Source: an uncultured Methanosarcinaceae archaeon
GTDB lineage: Archaea > Halobacteriota > Methanosarcinia > Methanosarcinales > Methanosarcinaceae
Length of the DNA: 64,000 bases
Assembly: GCA_963721455.1 (NCBI GenBank)
Contig: CAVRJG010000056.1
Location: 49,970-113,969, forward strand
Direction of reading: 5' to 3'
How positions within the stretch are numbered: the first letter of the stretch is position 1; every line of letters begins with the position of its first letter. The translations under genes and the position numbers were made by a program. The notes beneath the pieces are model-generated. The model was not told where the DNA came from and did not search any database. It was given only the letters and a program-made list of their open reading frames with translations. Positions 53,773 to 64,000 of this stretch are shown here, piece by piece.

Positions 53773-54381
53773 TCAAATACGGGCTACTACATTTCGGCCC
53801 TCAATTTTAAGTTTGCCCTCGGTAAAGAGCTTGACAGCTTCAGGGTAGATAATATGTTCCTGTTCCAGGATTCTGGCAGTAAGAGTTTCTTCCGTATCTC
53901 CCGGAAGCACAGGCACACAGTTCTGGAGTATAATTGGCCCTGAATCCAGCCCTTCATCTACAAAGTGCACGGTACAGCCTGCAACTTTTACTCCGTATTC
54001 GAATGCCTGCTTCTGGGCGTGAAGCCCTTTGAAAGCCGGAAGAAGAGACGGATGAATATTCAGTATCCTGTTCCTGTAGACCTCGATTATTTCGTTTCCC
54101 AAAATCCGGAAATAGCCTGCAAGCAGAAGAAGGTCCGTATTATGCTGTTTCAGAATATTCAGGATTTCCCTGTCATACCCTGTTCTATCGTACTCGCCCG
54201 GATTAAGGAAAACAGCGCTTATTCGATGATTTCTTGCACGTTCGAGAGCATAGGCATTTGCCTTGTTGGAAATAACAACATTAATTGCCGCATTCTTTAT
54301 GTAACCCTTTTCAATGCCGTCTATAATCGCCTGGAGATTCGAGCCCCTTCCAGAGACCAGCACCGCAATCTTTACCGTCAT
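53773..54381 (-). CDS. purN: Phosphoribosylglycinamide formyltransferase (folate-dependent)
   Basis: VLVSGRGSNLQA, LAGY.RIL, NIHPSLLP.F.G, GCTVHFV..GLDSGPII.Q. Confidence 0.96.
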   Translation of the reverse strand: MTVKIAVLVSGRGSNLQAIIDGIEKGYIKNAAINVVISNKANAYALERARNHRISAVFLNPGEYDRTGYDREILNILKQHNTDLLLLAGYFRILGNEIIEVYRNRILNIHPSLLPAFKGLHAQKQAFEYGVKVAGCTVHFVDEGLDSGPIILQNCVPVLPGDTEETLTARILEQEHIIYPEAVKLFTEGKLKIEGRNVVARI

Positions 54382-54510
54382 CGAAGCTTTTAGATTAAAA
54401 CAGTGCTATATTAGGGTTTTGGAACGATGTCACCTGGAGGAACTACAGGTAGAAACTGGAGGGCAAATACAGCTTCGGACGTAAATATTTACACTAATTT
54501 ACTCAAGAAC

Positions 54511-54595
54511 CTATAACCATAGAAAGGCATGGAAATACTCAGAATAGACTCTATAACCACGGAAAACACGGAAAACACGGAAAACACGGAAAAAC
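54511..54595 (+). repeat. Tandem 9-mer (ACGGAAAAC)x4 repeat, copy B
   Basis: ctataaccacggaaaacacggaaaacacggaaaacacggaaaa, preceded by a degenerate unit. Confidence 0.75.
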
Positions 54596-54623
54596 TGTGA
54601 TTTCGTAAATAAGTCCTTTCAAT

Positions 54624-54697
54624 TAGTCCTCTCGAGCGCAGCGAGAAGGACCCCGTGCTCCCGAAGCGGAACTCGGGAGGCGCAACTCGGGAAAGGA
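54624..54697 (-). repeat. Dispersed GC-rich modular hairpin repeat, copy 2
   Basis: Reverse complement reads cccgagttgcgcctcccgagttccgcttcgggagcacggggtccttctcgctgcgctcgagaggacta. Confidence 0.88.
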
Positions 54698-54714
54698 TAA
54701 TCTACAAAATATGC

Positions 54715-55698
54715 TCACGCTTCATCATGTGTTTCCTTGCGTTCCTCTATGAAATTAAGGAGTTCCTGAGAATCACTTATCCGGTCAAGTTCTTTCTTTT
54801 CGATCAGGACCGTATTTTCCACGGATTTTATTTTGGAACACCCATTGATGATAAATACGGATTGGGTCTCAGTAATGCAGGAAATGCTGCTCATTAGATG
54901 AGCCCGCTTGATTACGGTTGTATTGAATTCGCTGACTCCTGTGAGGATAACTGAGGACTTATCCCGTGAAATAGCCTTGAAAGGTGCCTGTGCCGTAGGA
55001 AGGACATCATAGCCAAGCATTGAAATCGTATTAAGGATCAGGTCTTCCGGCAAAAGCGTTGAGGGTTTTGCCTGACCTTCTGTTTCGGGTTCCGCCTTCT
55101 TTCGGGGCTTCCTGCTCCCGCAGGACTTCAGGATGTTTATGGGCCTTGCCAGTTCAACTCCAAAGATGTCTTCTAGCTGGAGCACGACGTCTATCGACGC
55201 GTCCATGCCCTCTTCCTCGTACTTGCTGATAGTTCTCCTTGAAACCCCTACCATGGTAGCCAGGGCCCCAAGAGACATTGCCTGATCCACCCTGGCTTTT
55301 TTCAGGAGATCCCCTTCTATGGAGACGTATAGCCCGCCTGGAGCTGCTGAAACCAGCGGTGGAATGTTTTCAATGAAATAGTCGTGAAGAGTCTGGACAT
55401 TCAGGACAAGGATATCATAGCGCATGTACACAACGCTGTCCTCAAGCATCTGATCTCTGGTCTTGGCCCCCACGACAATAGCAGAACCTCCAAGATACTC
55501 AGCCAGGAATTTCATCTCCCTGGCAGTTTCTTCATTCAAGCCGTCAATGTTAAATAAAACCTTGCAAAGTAATAGTATTTCACCTTTCCGTGCGGCAACG
55601 TCAAAACTCCTCGGACGAATATTACAACGGTCAGAGAGTGCAAAACCCGCACGTGCCAATACATCAATAATTTGATGTATGAGAACCTCTTTTGTCAT
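54715..55698 (-). CDS. Archaeal Cro/C1 HTH transcriptional regulator (MJ1164-like)
   Basis: PRSFDVAARK, KVL.NIDGL, APGGLYV.I.G..LK.AR...MSLG.LA.MVGVSRRTISKYEE; divergent from tiaS. Confidence 0.88.
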   Translation of the reverse strand: MTKEVLIHQIIDVLARAGFALSDRCNIRPRSFDVAARKGEILLLCKVLFNIDGLNEETAREMKFLAEYLGGSAIVVGAKTRDQMLEDSVVYMRYDILVLNVQTLHDYFIENIPPLVSAAPGGLYVSIEGDLLKKARVDQAMSLGALATMVGVSRRTISKYEEEGMDASIDVVLQLEDIFGVELARPINILKSCGSRKPRKKAEPETEGQAKPSTLLPEDLILNTISMLGYDVLPTAQAPFKAISRDKSSVILTGVSEFNTTVIKRAHLMSSISCITETQSVFIINGCSKIKSVENTVLIEKKELDRISDSQELLNFIEERKETHDEA

Positions 55699-55850
55699 TC
55701 CGGTATCAATCTCTGTTTGAACATCTATATATATGTTTCTTCACTCTTGATAATCCGTACAGTGTAAAAATACGCCGGAGAATAACGAAAATTACAGTTA
55801 TCCGAAACGGGTTTGCGGAAAATAAGACGGAAAAGACCGGAACCAGAAAA

Positions 55851-57137
55851 ATGATTATCGGAATTGATGATACTGACTCAAACGAAGGGATGTGCACAAC
55901 ATATCTGGGAGCTTTGCTGCTGGAAGAACTCCAGGCCTACGGGACTGTTGAAACTCTCCCCCTGCTTGTGCGCCTGAACCCCACCATTCCCTACAAAACA
56001 AGAGGAAATGCTGCAGTAGCCCTGAAACTTAAGACCGGCTGCCCGGAAAAAGTAATTGCTCACGTTATATCCAGAATAGAAGAACTTGCACGCATGGAAT
56101 GCGAAAAAACAAATCCAGGCGCGGTTTTTATTCTGGAAAAAGATTACAAGAGCCTCAAGCCTGTCCTCAGGGACTTTCTGGAAGAGGCTGTCAGAAATGT
56201 GATAGAAATACAGGAGGCAAAAAGCCTCATCGAGGAATTTGAGATTCCATCAAAGGGCTTCAAAAACGGAAGGGGGCTGATAGGCGCTCTTGCAGCCTGC
56301 GGGGCTATGCTGAACCCTGAGGAATGGGACCACACTTTCGAGCACCTGGCATACAGGCAGAAGGAAAGATGGGGAACTTCACGCAAAATAGAAAAGGAAA
56401 GTTTTTTTGAAGCTGACAGGAAAACTTACCCCGGAACCTGGGATACGGTGGACCTTATAAACAGGCTTGTAGTCTGTGTACCCCATTCGGCCGATCCCGT
56501 GCTTTTCGGGATCAGGGGGGAAAACCCTGCCATTGTTACTGAAGCCGCAGCCATGATCAAATCTGAGCCTGTTGAACATTTTGCCGTATACAGGACAAAC
56601 CAGGGTACGGATATGCACCTGCTGCCCGCAGCAAGCGCCGCTGAAATCCGGGATATGCATTCTTACAGGCTGGAGGGCACGGTTTCGGCAGTTCCGAAAA
56701 CCATTCATGGAGGGCATGTTATTTTCCCTATCAAGGATGAGGGAGGAAACGAAATCGACTGCGCAGCCTTCGAACCCACAAAGAACTTCAGGGCACTTGT
56801 CAGGAAGCTAATGCCCGGGGATAAGGTCGTACTTTCGGGAAGTGCCAGCTCCGGAACCCTCAACATTGAAAAAATAGAAATTAAAACGCTTGCACCCCTT
56901 CATAAAGAAGAAAACCCAAAATGCCCAAACTGCGGAAAGCACATGAAGTCCTCAGGGCAGGGACAGCAGTTCCGCTGTAAAAAATGCGGGAGCCAGGCCC
57001 CCTCAAAAGTCAGATGTGAAGTGAAAAGAGACCTTGAAACAGGACTTTATGAGGTCCCGCCCTGCGCCAGACGGCACCTCGCAAAACCGCTGGTCAGGGA
57101 AAAGCGGTCTGATATCGGCATTCATCCTGCCCGATAA
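55851..57137 (+). CDS. tiaS: tRNA(Ile2) 2-agmatinylcytidine synthetase
   Basis: IGIDDTDS..GMCTTY, LVRLNP.IPYKTRGN, GRGLIGALAA, TNQGTD.H, AAFEPTK, C-terminal Zn ribbon, RRHLAKP. Confidence 0.95.
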   Translation: MIIGIDDTDSNEGMCTTYLGALLLEELQAYGTVETLPLLVRLNPTIPYKTRGNAAVALKLKTGCPEKVIAHVISRIEELARMECEKTNPGAVFILEKDYKSLKPVLRDFLEEAVRNVIEIQEAKSLIEEFEIPSKGFKNGRGLIGALAACGAMLNPEEWDHTFEHLAYRQKERWGTSRKIEKESFFEADRKTYPGTWDTVDLINRLVVCVPHSADPVLFGIRGENPAIVTEAAAMIKSEPVEHFAVYRTNQGTDMHLLPAASAAEIRDMHSYRLEGTVSAVPKTIHGGHVIFPIKDEGGNEIDCAAFEPTKNFRALVRKLMPGDKVVLSGSASSGTLNIEKIEIKTLAPLHKEENPKCPNCGKHMKSSGQGQQFRCKKCGSQAPSKVRCEVKRDLETGLYEVPPCARRHLAKPLVREKRSDIGIHPAR

Positions 57138-57218
57138 GAAGGCCGTAAACTTAAGGCCTCAAGTCCTGAGTTCGGAAGGTTTCTTGAATCTTTAGTATAA
57201 TCTCTGAACTTATTGATT

Positions 57219-57989
57219 TTAATGTATTTCCGGCACAGAAGGGGATTTTCTTTTATGTTCGTTTTTCTCGATGCGCTTTAGGACTGAATTCAGCTGCTCT
57301 ACGGAGACGCCAAGAGTGCTCAGGATGGTTTCAGGGTCTTTATTCTGCTCAAGCATTCTGAGCACCTTATCTACTTTAACATAAGAGATCCCAAGTTCGG
57401 CTTCATCGGTCTGGCCTGCCCAGAGACCTGCGGACGGTTTTTTAGTAATAAGAGGCTCCGGAACTCCTAGCCTGCGAGAAAGCTCCCAGACCTCGGTCTT
57501 GTAAAGCCCGCCTATGGGTTCAAGATCAACGCCTCCGTCTCCATATTTCGTGAAATAGCCGAGCAGGATCTCGGTTTTATTGCCGGTTCCGATGACCATA
57601 CGGTTCATCCGGTTTGCATGGAAATAGAGAAGAGACATCCTGACCCTTGCTTTAAGGTTGCCTCTGGAGAGTTTATCTGCAGATTCACTCTGAGGGACTG
57701 CAGCCATGAAAGCTGAAATGATTCCTGAGATATCAATTGTCCGAAACTCGATCCCGAGCCAGTCTGCAAGAGCTTTTGCATCTTTGCTGTCTGCAGCGGG
57801 GGTAATGCCGGATTCAGGCATATGGATTCCGAGCACCTTATCTTTTCCGAGGGCTTTTACGGCGAGTGCTGCGGCAAGGGCTGAATCTATTCCCCCACTG
57901 ATGCCTACAACGGCCCCATTTACACCTGCTTTACGTGTTTCGTTCCGGATAAAGTCAATAATCCTGTTCTGCGCGATTTCAAGGTCCAT
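57219..57989 (-). CDS. nadE: NH3-dependent NAD+ synthetase
   Basis: GISGGIDS, GNLKARVRM, GTGNKTE..LGYFTKYGDG, KPSAGLW.GQTDE.ELG. Confidence 0.96.
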   Translation of the reverse strand: MDLEIAQNRIIDFIRNETRKAGVNGAVVGISGGIDSALAAALAVKALGKDKVLGIHMPESGITPAADSKDAKALADWLGIEFRTIDISGIISAFMAAVPQSESADKLSRGNLKARVRMSLLYFHANRMNRMVIGTGNKTEILLGYFTKYGDGGVDLEPIGGLYKTEVWELSRRLGVPEPLITKKPSAGLWAGQTDEAELGISYVKVDKVLRMLEQNKDPETILSTLGVSVEQLNSVLKRIEKNEHKRKSPSVPEIH

Positions 57990-58565
57990 GCTGTCAAATT
58001 CCTGGATACCTGTGGTAATATTCCTGGATGCTTGTGGTAATAAATCTAAAAGGCACAAAGGTCTGGGTGACATTGTGGTCTGAATAATAAAGTTCGAATG
58101 GGATCAGAGTTTGAATAATATCAAACAATTTTATACACAGAAGGTCTAGATATATTTCTAGATATATTAATCCTCAGAGGAAAATGGAATGGAGGGTAAA
58201 CATATTTAATAAATGGAGGGTATAGAGGATAATATCCCGGGCATTATATAATACAAATAACTGATTATCAAATATACCTCTAACCGAAAAAATAATTGTA
58301 TGGATAGGGATACAGGCCATAAAAGGGGTTTTCGGATAGGAATACCGGACAGAAAATTCAAGGTCCCGGGTATTCCACAGCAAAGCCTCCGGGATAAAAA
58401 TCTCCCCGATCACAGGCATTGAAATAAAAAGAGCATCTAATAGAGAAAACAGGTAGTTCCATAATACGCAGTCCGGAAAAATCTGAAAAATCCGGTATCT
58501 GTTCATTTTATGTAATTATTAAATAAAAGTAACAATCAAAAAGACAACTATTTTTGGGATGATCT

Positions 58566-60890
58566 ATGGAAGAAATACAGTTGAAGGTTGAAAAGGCATA
58601 TCCTATTGACCTTGGAAGAGGAATTATCCGACTCGACCCTACAGCCTTACTGAAACTTCAGCTCTCGCCAGGCGATATCGTGGAAATAAGGGGGAAGAAA
58701 AAGACCACGGCAAAGGTATGGAGAGCTGACAGGCAGGATTGGGAACAGGGAATCGTGCGAATTGATAACTTCATCCGGCAAAATGCAGGAGTTTCCATAG
58801 GAGAGAAGGTAACCATCAAAAAGGTGGAAGCCCCGGAGGCAAAAAAACTTATTCTGGCGCTCCCGGAAAGCATGATACAGGGGGGGCCTGAACTTCAGTT
58901 CGGGGAACATGCAAATGAGATCATAAAACGGCATATCCTCAAAAGGCCGGTTTTCAGGGGAGACATCATTCCTATAATCAACTCCATGTCTCAGCCAATG
59001 ACTGAATCCCTGACAACAAGCCAGGTAATCCCCCTGGTTGCCGTTGAGACCGACCCTGCAAACACAATTGTCCTTATCACGGAAGCAACAGTCATCGAAC
59101 TTCGGAAAAAGCCGGTTCAGGGTTACGAAAAAGCAACCCGGGGTGTAACCACCTATGAAGACATAGGAGGCCTGGGACAGGAGATCATGCGTGTCCGGGA
59201 AATAATAGAGATGCCCATGAAGCATCCTGAGCTTTTCGGCCACCTTAATATAGAGCCGCCGAAGGGAGTTATCCTCCACGGCCCGCCAGGGACCGGAAAA
59301 ACCCTGATTGCAAAAGCCGTAGCCAATGAATCCGGAGCAAGTTTCCATTACATTGCCGGCCCTGAGATCGTGGGGAAGTTCTATGGAGAAAGCGAGGAAA
59401 GGCTCAGAAAGATCTTCGAAGAGGCAACTCAGGACGCACCATCGGTCATTTTCATTGATGAAATTGATTCCATTGCTCCAAAACGAGAAAACGTAACCGG
59501 GGAAGTGGAAAGGCGAGTGGTTGCCCAGCTCCTGACCCTGCTTGACGGGATGGAAGAGAGAGGACAGGTTGTGGTTATAGGGGCCACCAACCGCGTGGAT
59601 GCAATCGACCCTGCGCTCAGGAGGCCAGGCCGTTTTGACAGGGAAATCCATATAGGTGTGCCTGATACCAATGACAGGTACGAGATCCTTCAAATCCACA
59701 CCAGGGGCATGCCCATCGAGAGAGATGGGGAAGCCGGTGGAGGAGAAGCCGAAATCGAAGCTGATGAGGCTGCCCTGGAGAGGGAAAGGAAAGAGCAGAC
59801 AAATAAATACCTGAAGTACCTTGCTGAACGGACCCAGGGCTTTGTGGGCGCGGACCTTCTGGCTCTTGTGCAGGAAGCTGCCATGCGGTGCCTCAGGGAA
59901 AACCTGCCTGACCTTGACCTCGAAAAGGAACCGGTTCCACCGGAAAGACTGGAAAAAATCTTTGTAACCAAGAAAAACTTTGAAGATGCCCTGATGGAAG
60001 CCGAGCCCTCGGCTCTGAGAGAAATTTTCGTGGAAATGCCCACAGTTAACTGGGACGATGTGGGAGGGCTGGATGAAGCAAAGCAGTCTATCATTGAAGC
60101 TGTCGAGTGGCCCATTAAAAGTCCGCAAAAGTTTGTTCAGATGGGTATAAAGGCTCCGAGGGGAATCCTGCTTTATGGCCCGCCAGGGACTGGAAAGACT
60201 CTGATAGCCCAGGCCGTAGCCAAGGAGTCAAATGCCAACTTCATAAGCGTCAAAGGGCCTGAGATATTCTCGAAATGGCTTGGAGAATCGGAAAAAGCTA
60301 TCCGTGAAACCTTTAAGAAAGCACGTCAGGTTGCTCCGTGTGTAATCTTCTTTGATGAGATCGATTCGGTTGCCTCTATGCAAGGCATGGAATCCACAGA
60401 CAGCCACACCTCAGAGAGGGTGCTGAACCAGCTCCTGACAGAGATGGACGGGCTTGAGTCCCATAAAGATGTGGTGGTTATTGCCGCAACCAACCGCCCT
60501 AACCTTCTGGACCCTGCAATCCTGCGGCCCGGGCGTTTTGACAGGCTGGTCTATATGGGATCTCCTGACCGCAAAGGCAGGCTCAAGATATTTAAGATCC
60601 ACACAAAGAATACGCCCCTTGCTGAGGATGTAGACCTTGAAATTCTTGCCGATGTAACTGAAGGTTATGTGGGTGCTGATATTCAGTCAGTGTGCAGGGA
60701 AGCCGTAATGATTGCCCTCAGGGAGAATTTCGATATAGAAAAAATCGAAATGAGGCACTTCAGGGAAGCTCTGAAGAAGGTAAAGCCCACCATTACGGAA
60801 AATATTGCCCAGTTCTATGAAAAGATAGAAGCGCAGTTCAAGGGAGGCCAGAAAATAACAGAATCAGGTGCTTATGTTGGTTACAGGTAA
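58566..60890 (+). CDS. cdc48: Cdc48/p97/VAT family AAA+ ATPase
   Basis: N-domain (GRGIIRLD) and two AAA modules with [20 protein letters not shown] and ATNR..DPA..RPGRFD; C-terminal GYR (HbYX-like). Confidence 0.96.
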   Translation: MEEIQLKVEKAYPIDLGRGIIRLDPTALLKLQLSPGDIVEIRGKKKTTAKVWRADRQDWEQGIVRIDNFIRQNAGVSIGEKVTIKKVEAPEAKKLILALPESMIQGGPELQFGEHANEIIKRHILKRPVFRGDIIPIINSMSQPMTESLTTSQVIPLVAVETDPANTIVLITEATVIELRKKPVQGYEKATRGVTTYEDIGGLGQEIMRVREIIEMPMKHPELFGHLNIEPPKGVILHGPPGTGKTLIAKAVANESGASFHYIAGPEIVGKFYGESEERLRKIFEEATQDAPSVIFIDEIDSIAPKRENVTGEVERRVVAQLLTLLDGMEERGQVVVIGATNRVDAIDPALRRPGRFDREIHIGVPDTNDRYEILQIHTRGMPIERDGEAGGGEAEIEADEAALERERKEQTNKYLKYLAERTQGFVGADLLALVQEAAMRCLRENLPDLDLEKEPVPPERLEKIFVTKKNFEDALMEAEPSALREIFVEMPTVNWDDVGGLDEAKQSIIEAVEWPIKSPQKFVQMGIKAPRGILLYGPPGTGKTLIAQAVAKESNANFISVKGPEIFSKWLGESEKAIRETFKKARQVAPCVIFFDEIDSVASMQGMESTDSHTSERVLNQLLTEMDGLESHKDVVVIAATNRPNLLDPAILRPGRFDRLVYMGSPDRKGRLKIFKIHTKNTPLAEDVDLEILADVTEGYVGADIQSVCREAVMIALRENFDIEKIEMRHFREALKKVKPTITENIAQFYEKIEAQFKGGQKITESGAYVGYR

Positions 60891-61039
60891 GAAAATAAAA
60901 TGAGTAACTCTTTAAAGGAGCAATTCTTAAAGGGAAAAAGTTTTAAAGAATATGGTTTCAAATTACATAAAATATTCAAAGTGGAAAGCCAGCTTTATCC
61001 AAACCCGCATAACACACTGAGACCGGAGATACGATAAAT

Positions 61040-61294
61040 ATGTCTAAAGTATTTGCAAGGAACCTTCTCTTCAATAAGCAGGTAATGGCTACCGACGGAA
61101 CGGAGATAGGAACGCTGAGCAACATTGTAGTCGAGATTAAAGGGGGAAATATCATTGACCTGATAGTCACCCCGAATGTCAATTTTGACACTTCCAGGTA
61201 CAAAAAAGTGGACAACTATATCCTTGTTCCTTTCGATTCCGTAAGTGCCATTAAGGACTACATAATAATAGACAAAATGAAAGCAAAGGCGTAA
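61040..61294 (+). CDS. PRC-barrel domain protein
   Basis: K.VM.TDG.EIG.L.NIV.E.K.G....L.V.P...VPF.SV.AIKDYIII. Confidence 0.88.
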   Translation: MSKVFARNLLFNKQVMATDGTEIGTLSNIVVEIKGGNIIDLIVTPNVNFDTSRYKKVDNYILVPFDSVSAIKDYIIIDKMKAKA

Positions 61295-61344
61295 ATTAAA
61301 ACAAAAGGAAGGGGACGAAAATTCTCCTTCTTTCCCGAATCTTC

Positions 61345-61530
61345 TTTTCACCCAGTTGCGCCACCCGAGTTGCGCCACCCGAGTTCCGCTTCGGGAGCAC
61401 GGGGTCCGTTTCACTCGCTTCGCTCGCTCAAGCGGACTAACTTATGGCTTAGAATCTTGCTCATTTTTCATAATTGATATTCGGAAACCCATCGTCCTTT
61501 TATCTCGCTTCGCTCGCTCACGAGGACTCA
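61345..61530 (+). repeat. Dispersed GC-rich modular hairpin repeat, copy 3 plus a partial copy 4
   Basis: (cccgagttgcgcca)-type units + cccgagttccgcttcgggagcacggggtcc...cgcttcgctcgctcaagcggacta to 61441; a second gtcc...cgcttcgctcgctcacgaggact at ~61494-61529. Confidence 0.88.
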
Positions 61531-61712
61531 TTTTTCCAAAGTTATAGCTTTGTCTTTCGAATAACTCCTGGGAGTATTCAATTCGTCTTTTTTTAAAATA
61601 AAATCTGGATAAATCGGGTGTAAATATTTACGTCCACATGATATGCCCACAGCAATTATAAAGACAAAACTGTATAGAATAATATGGAATAGATAAACGA
61701 AAAGTGGTCAAG

Positions 61713-62426
61713 ATGAAGTTGATAAAAAGCAACAAATATGACACTGATTTTGTTAAAGAAAATATGATGGGTCCTAATGCATTGAAAATTCTCGAGGAAC
61801 TGTCTGAATCTTTAAAGCTTGAAAAAGGCATGCGAGTACTTGATCTCGGTTGTGGGAAAGGGCTTACTTCGATATTCTTAGCAAAAGAATACGATGTTAC
61901 AGTTTTTGCTACTGACCTCTGGATTAGTGCAACAGAAAATTATGAAAGGATCAAGTCAATGGGGCTGGAAGATAAAATAATACCAATACATGCAGAAGCA
62001 CATGATTTACCATTTGCACATGAGTTTTTTGATCTTGCTATAAGTGTAGATGCCTATCATTATTTTGGGGTCGAAGCAGATTATTTGACAAAGTATTTTG
62101 CTCCACTTGTAAAAAAAGGAGGGCAAATAGCAGTTGCAGTTCCGGGCTTGAAGCAGGAATTTACAAATGGAGTTCCGGCAGAATTAGTACCATACTGGTG
62201 TGATGATATGACTTTAACACTACACTCATGTGACTGGTGGTATCATCTATGGAAAACTTCTGATTCGGTAAGTATTCAAGAGTGCAAAGAATTAAATTGC
62301 TTAAAAGAATCCTGGCAGGATTGGCTTTTGTGTGATAACGACTATGCTCGTAGAGATATTGGAATGATGGAAGCTGAGGGTGGAAATTACTTTAATATGG
62401 TTTCACTCATAGCTACTAAATTGTAA
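61713..62426 (+). CDS. Class I SAM-dependent methyltransferase
   Basis: MMGPN, VLDLGCGKGLTSIFLA, ATDLW, LPFA.EFFD..ISVDAYHYFG. Confidence 0.9.
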   Translation: MKLIKSNKYDTDFVKENMMGPNALKILEELSESLKLEKGMRVLDLGCGKGLTSIFLAKEYDVTVFATDLWISATENYERIKSMGLEDKIIPIHAEAHDLPFAHEFFDLAISVDAYHYFGVEADYLTKYFAPLVKKGGQIAVAVPGLKQEFTNGVPAELVPYWCDDMTLTLHSCDWWYHLWKTSDSVSIQECKELNCLKESWQDWLLCDNDYARRDIGMMEAEGGNYFNMVSLIATKL

Positions 62427-62476
62427 AGAAGTTTTTAACGAGTCAATTTCTGTTTTAATACAGGGAGGTCTTAGGC

Positions 62477-62638
62477 GTGAAAGATTTTCCTGAATTTATG
62501 AAGAATAAAAGTAATCATATCAGCAGTATATATCAGCAGTAAGGAGCAAAATACTGAAGATATTGATTGCTATTTTTTCGAAGGTGTGGACAGCATTCAG
62601 ATGGCGTTCTGGACCTGTTATTCTGACAGGGTTTCTAA
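62477..62638 (+). pseudogene. Truncated, frameshifted cupin gene remnant
   Basis: GTG AAA GAT TTT CCT GAA... near-identical to 63466 onward. It has an internal atatcagcagt duplication and is cut off after gacagggtttctaa. Confidence 0.85.
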
Positions 62639-62797
62639 TATACTTAGATTGGGTATTGGATTTAGTCTGTATGGCAGTTCTTTGATAAAAAAGGCTTATT
62701 CTTCTTCCGTTTTGATTCTATAAAAAAGAGATATAAATGTAAATGAATTTAACTCATTAAAAATATTAAATCAAGTCTTTTGTCTGTAATATACTGT

Positions 62798-62938
62798 TTA
62801 TTTAGGCCTTTTACTTTCATCGGGTTCCTCTTCTATGTTTATTTGTTCTACTGCACCTTCTCTTTTTTCTTCTACTGATTCTAGTTTTTCCATGAATTCT
62901 TTTTCTTTATTATCATTCTTTACTTTTCTTGCTGGCAT
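62798..62938 (-). CDS. Small charged hypothetical protein (46 aa)
   Basis: MPARKVKNDNKEKEFMEKLESVEEKREGAVEQINIEEEPDESKRPK*, with a GGGGTGA RBS just upstream of the ATG. Confidence 0.55.
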   Translation of the reverse strand: MPARKVKNDNKEKEFMEKLESVEEKREGAVEQINIEEEPDESKRPK

Positions 62939-63234
62939 TTGTTCACCCCAATAGTTTGATGTTAATAGTTTGATGTCTGCTGAAGTAATAAATATGTTGA
63001 AATGCCTGCGAATGCTGAATTGTTTTTTGGCTAATATAAACCCGCTTTTATGTCAAATATAGAATCAATAGCATTAGATACTATGATATTTTTTTAATTT
63101 ACTGCTTTATGTTGCCTCAACTTGCGAACAAGGAATACAAGTTCTCTATGGGTTGTTTTCCCCTGATTGTGAAGTTAGCGTTTTCATAAAGAATAGATGA
63201 ATTCATGGTTCATCTTTTAGGTTCTTCAATAATA

Positions 63235-63413
63235 TATGGAAAACTTCCGATTCGGTTAGCATAAAGGAATGTAAAGAATTAAAGTGTTTAAAAGAGGCAT
63301 GGCAGGATTGGCTTTCATGTGATAATGACTTTGCCCGTAGAGATATTGAAATGATGAAAACTGAAGACGGAAACTATTTTAATCTGGTTTCATCATAGCT
63401 ACTAAATTGTAAG
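63235..63413 (+). pseudogene. Orphan 3' fragment of a paralogous methyltransferase
   Basis: WKTSDSVSIKECKELKCLKEAWQDWLSCDNDFARRDIEMMKTEDGNYFNLVS matches the C-terminus of 61713-62426. Confidence 0.85.
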
Positions 63414-63465
63414 TTCTGATTTTTTTAATGAATTAATTTTTACTTTAATAAAGGAGTTCTTAGAC

Positions 63466-63816
63466 ATGAAAGATTTTCCGGAGTTTATGAAAAGTAAAAG
63501 TAATCATATCAGCAGTAAGGAGCAAAATACTGAAGATATTGACGGCTATTTTTACGAAGGTGCAGAAGGCAGTCAGATGGCTTTCTGGACCTGTTATTCT
63601 GACAGGGTTTCTAAGAAACATACTCATGAATTTGATGAGTACACGGTTTGTGTCAGTGGTCAGTATACAGCAATAATAAATGACGAGGAATTTGTTCTTA
63701 ATCCGGGTGACGAATTGTTCGTTCCGAAGGGGACAGAACAGTGGGGAAAGTGTATTGCCGGAACAAGAACTATTCATGCATTTGGTGGTAAACGCATTCA
63801 TAGGGCTGAAGAATAA
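63466..63816 (+). CDS. Cupin-domain protein
   Basis: H.HEFDEY.V.V.G.Y......E..LNPGDELFVPKG cupin motifs; AAGGAG RBS. Confidence 0.88.
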   Translation: MKDFPEFMKSKSNHISSKEQNTEDIDGYFYEGAEGSQMAFWTCYSDRVSKKHTHEFDEYTVCVSGQYTAIINDEEFVLNPGDELFVPKGTEQWGKCIAGTRTIHAFGGKRIHRAEE

Positions 63817-64000
63817 TGAATTTGTAAAACGTGGGGCTGAAAGGTGTGAAATCAGAAAAACGAATTTTAAAAAAATTAGACCAATCAAGAAGCAACCGCA
63901 ACCATAAAGCCAAGCAGATTAAGAACAAAAAACAGACTCCTTATTTAACTGTATACCAAGGATATGCCTACTTAAAAAGAATACAAAAGAGTAAAACAAG

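Noticed and set aside
58647-60128. 493-aa antisense ORF
   Set aside because: Shadow frame of cdc48 with no protein-like motifs. The same applies to 40091-40891, 28582-29220 and 11258-11818.

Overview
Archaeal chromosomal DNA, almost certainly Methanosarcina. The evidence is three DUF1699 paralogues, PGF-CTERM and COG1361 surface proteins, Sm-rpl37e, ThiDN, TrpB2, TiaS, Hel308, Cdc48, and a bacterial-type H4F C1 cluster. Layout: (i) 1-5 kb, a redox/nitrosative-stress cluster with an HxlR/DUF24 regulator and a visible tandem operator. (ii) 5.8-25 kb, ACD alpha subunit, a methyltransferase, a MacB-like ABC system and two MATE paralogues that bracket an AT-rich accessory block. (iii) 25.7-41 kb, core housekeeping genes. 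(iv) 41.3-43.6 kb, an AT-rich gene broken by many indels that reconstructs to a HEAT-repeat protein fused to a PNP/nucleosidase domain of the immune-effector type; this is the best candidate for an undescribed defence system. (v) 44.8-54.4 kb, a co-oriented folate cluster (purN-glyA-folD-folP-metV-metF-DUF1638-cofE-like-trx) with no folA or folC. It instead carries a FolP with a C-terminal Prd-like domain and a FolC2-like CofE paralogue. (vi) 54.7-64 kb, HTH/tiaS/nadE/cdc48/PRC and a duplicated, rearranged methyltransferase-cupin cassette. A modular GC-rich hairpin repeat sits just 3' of three different genes. I found no rRNA, tRNA, CRISPR array or transposase. Several single-base indels may be assembly errors. 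All calls come from reading the sequence and recalling family motifs; no database searches were run.
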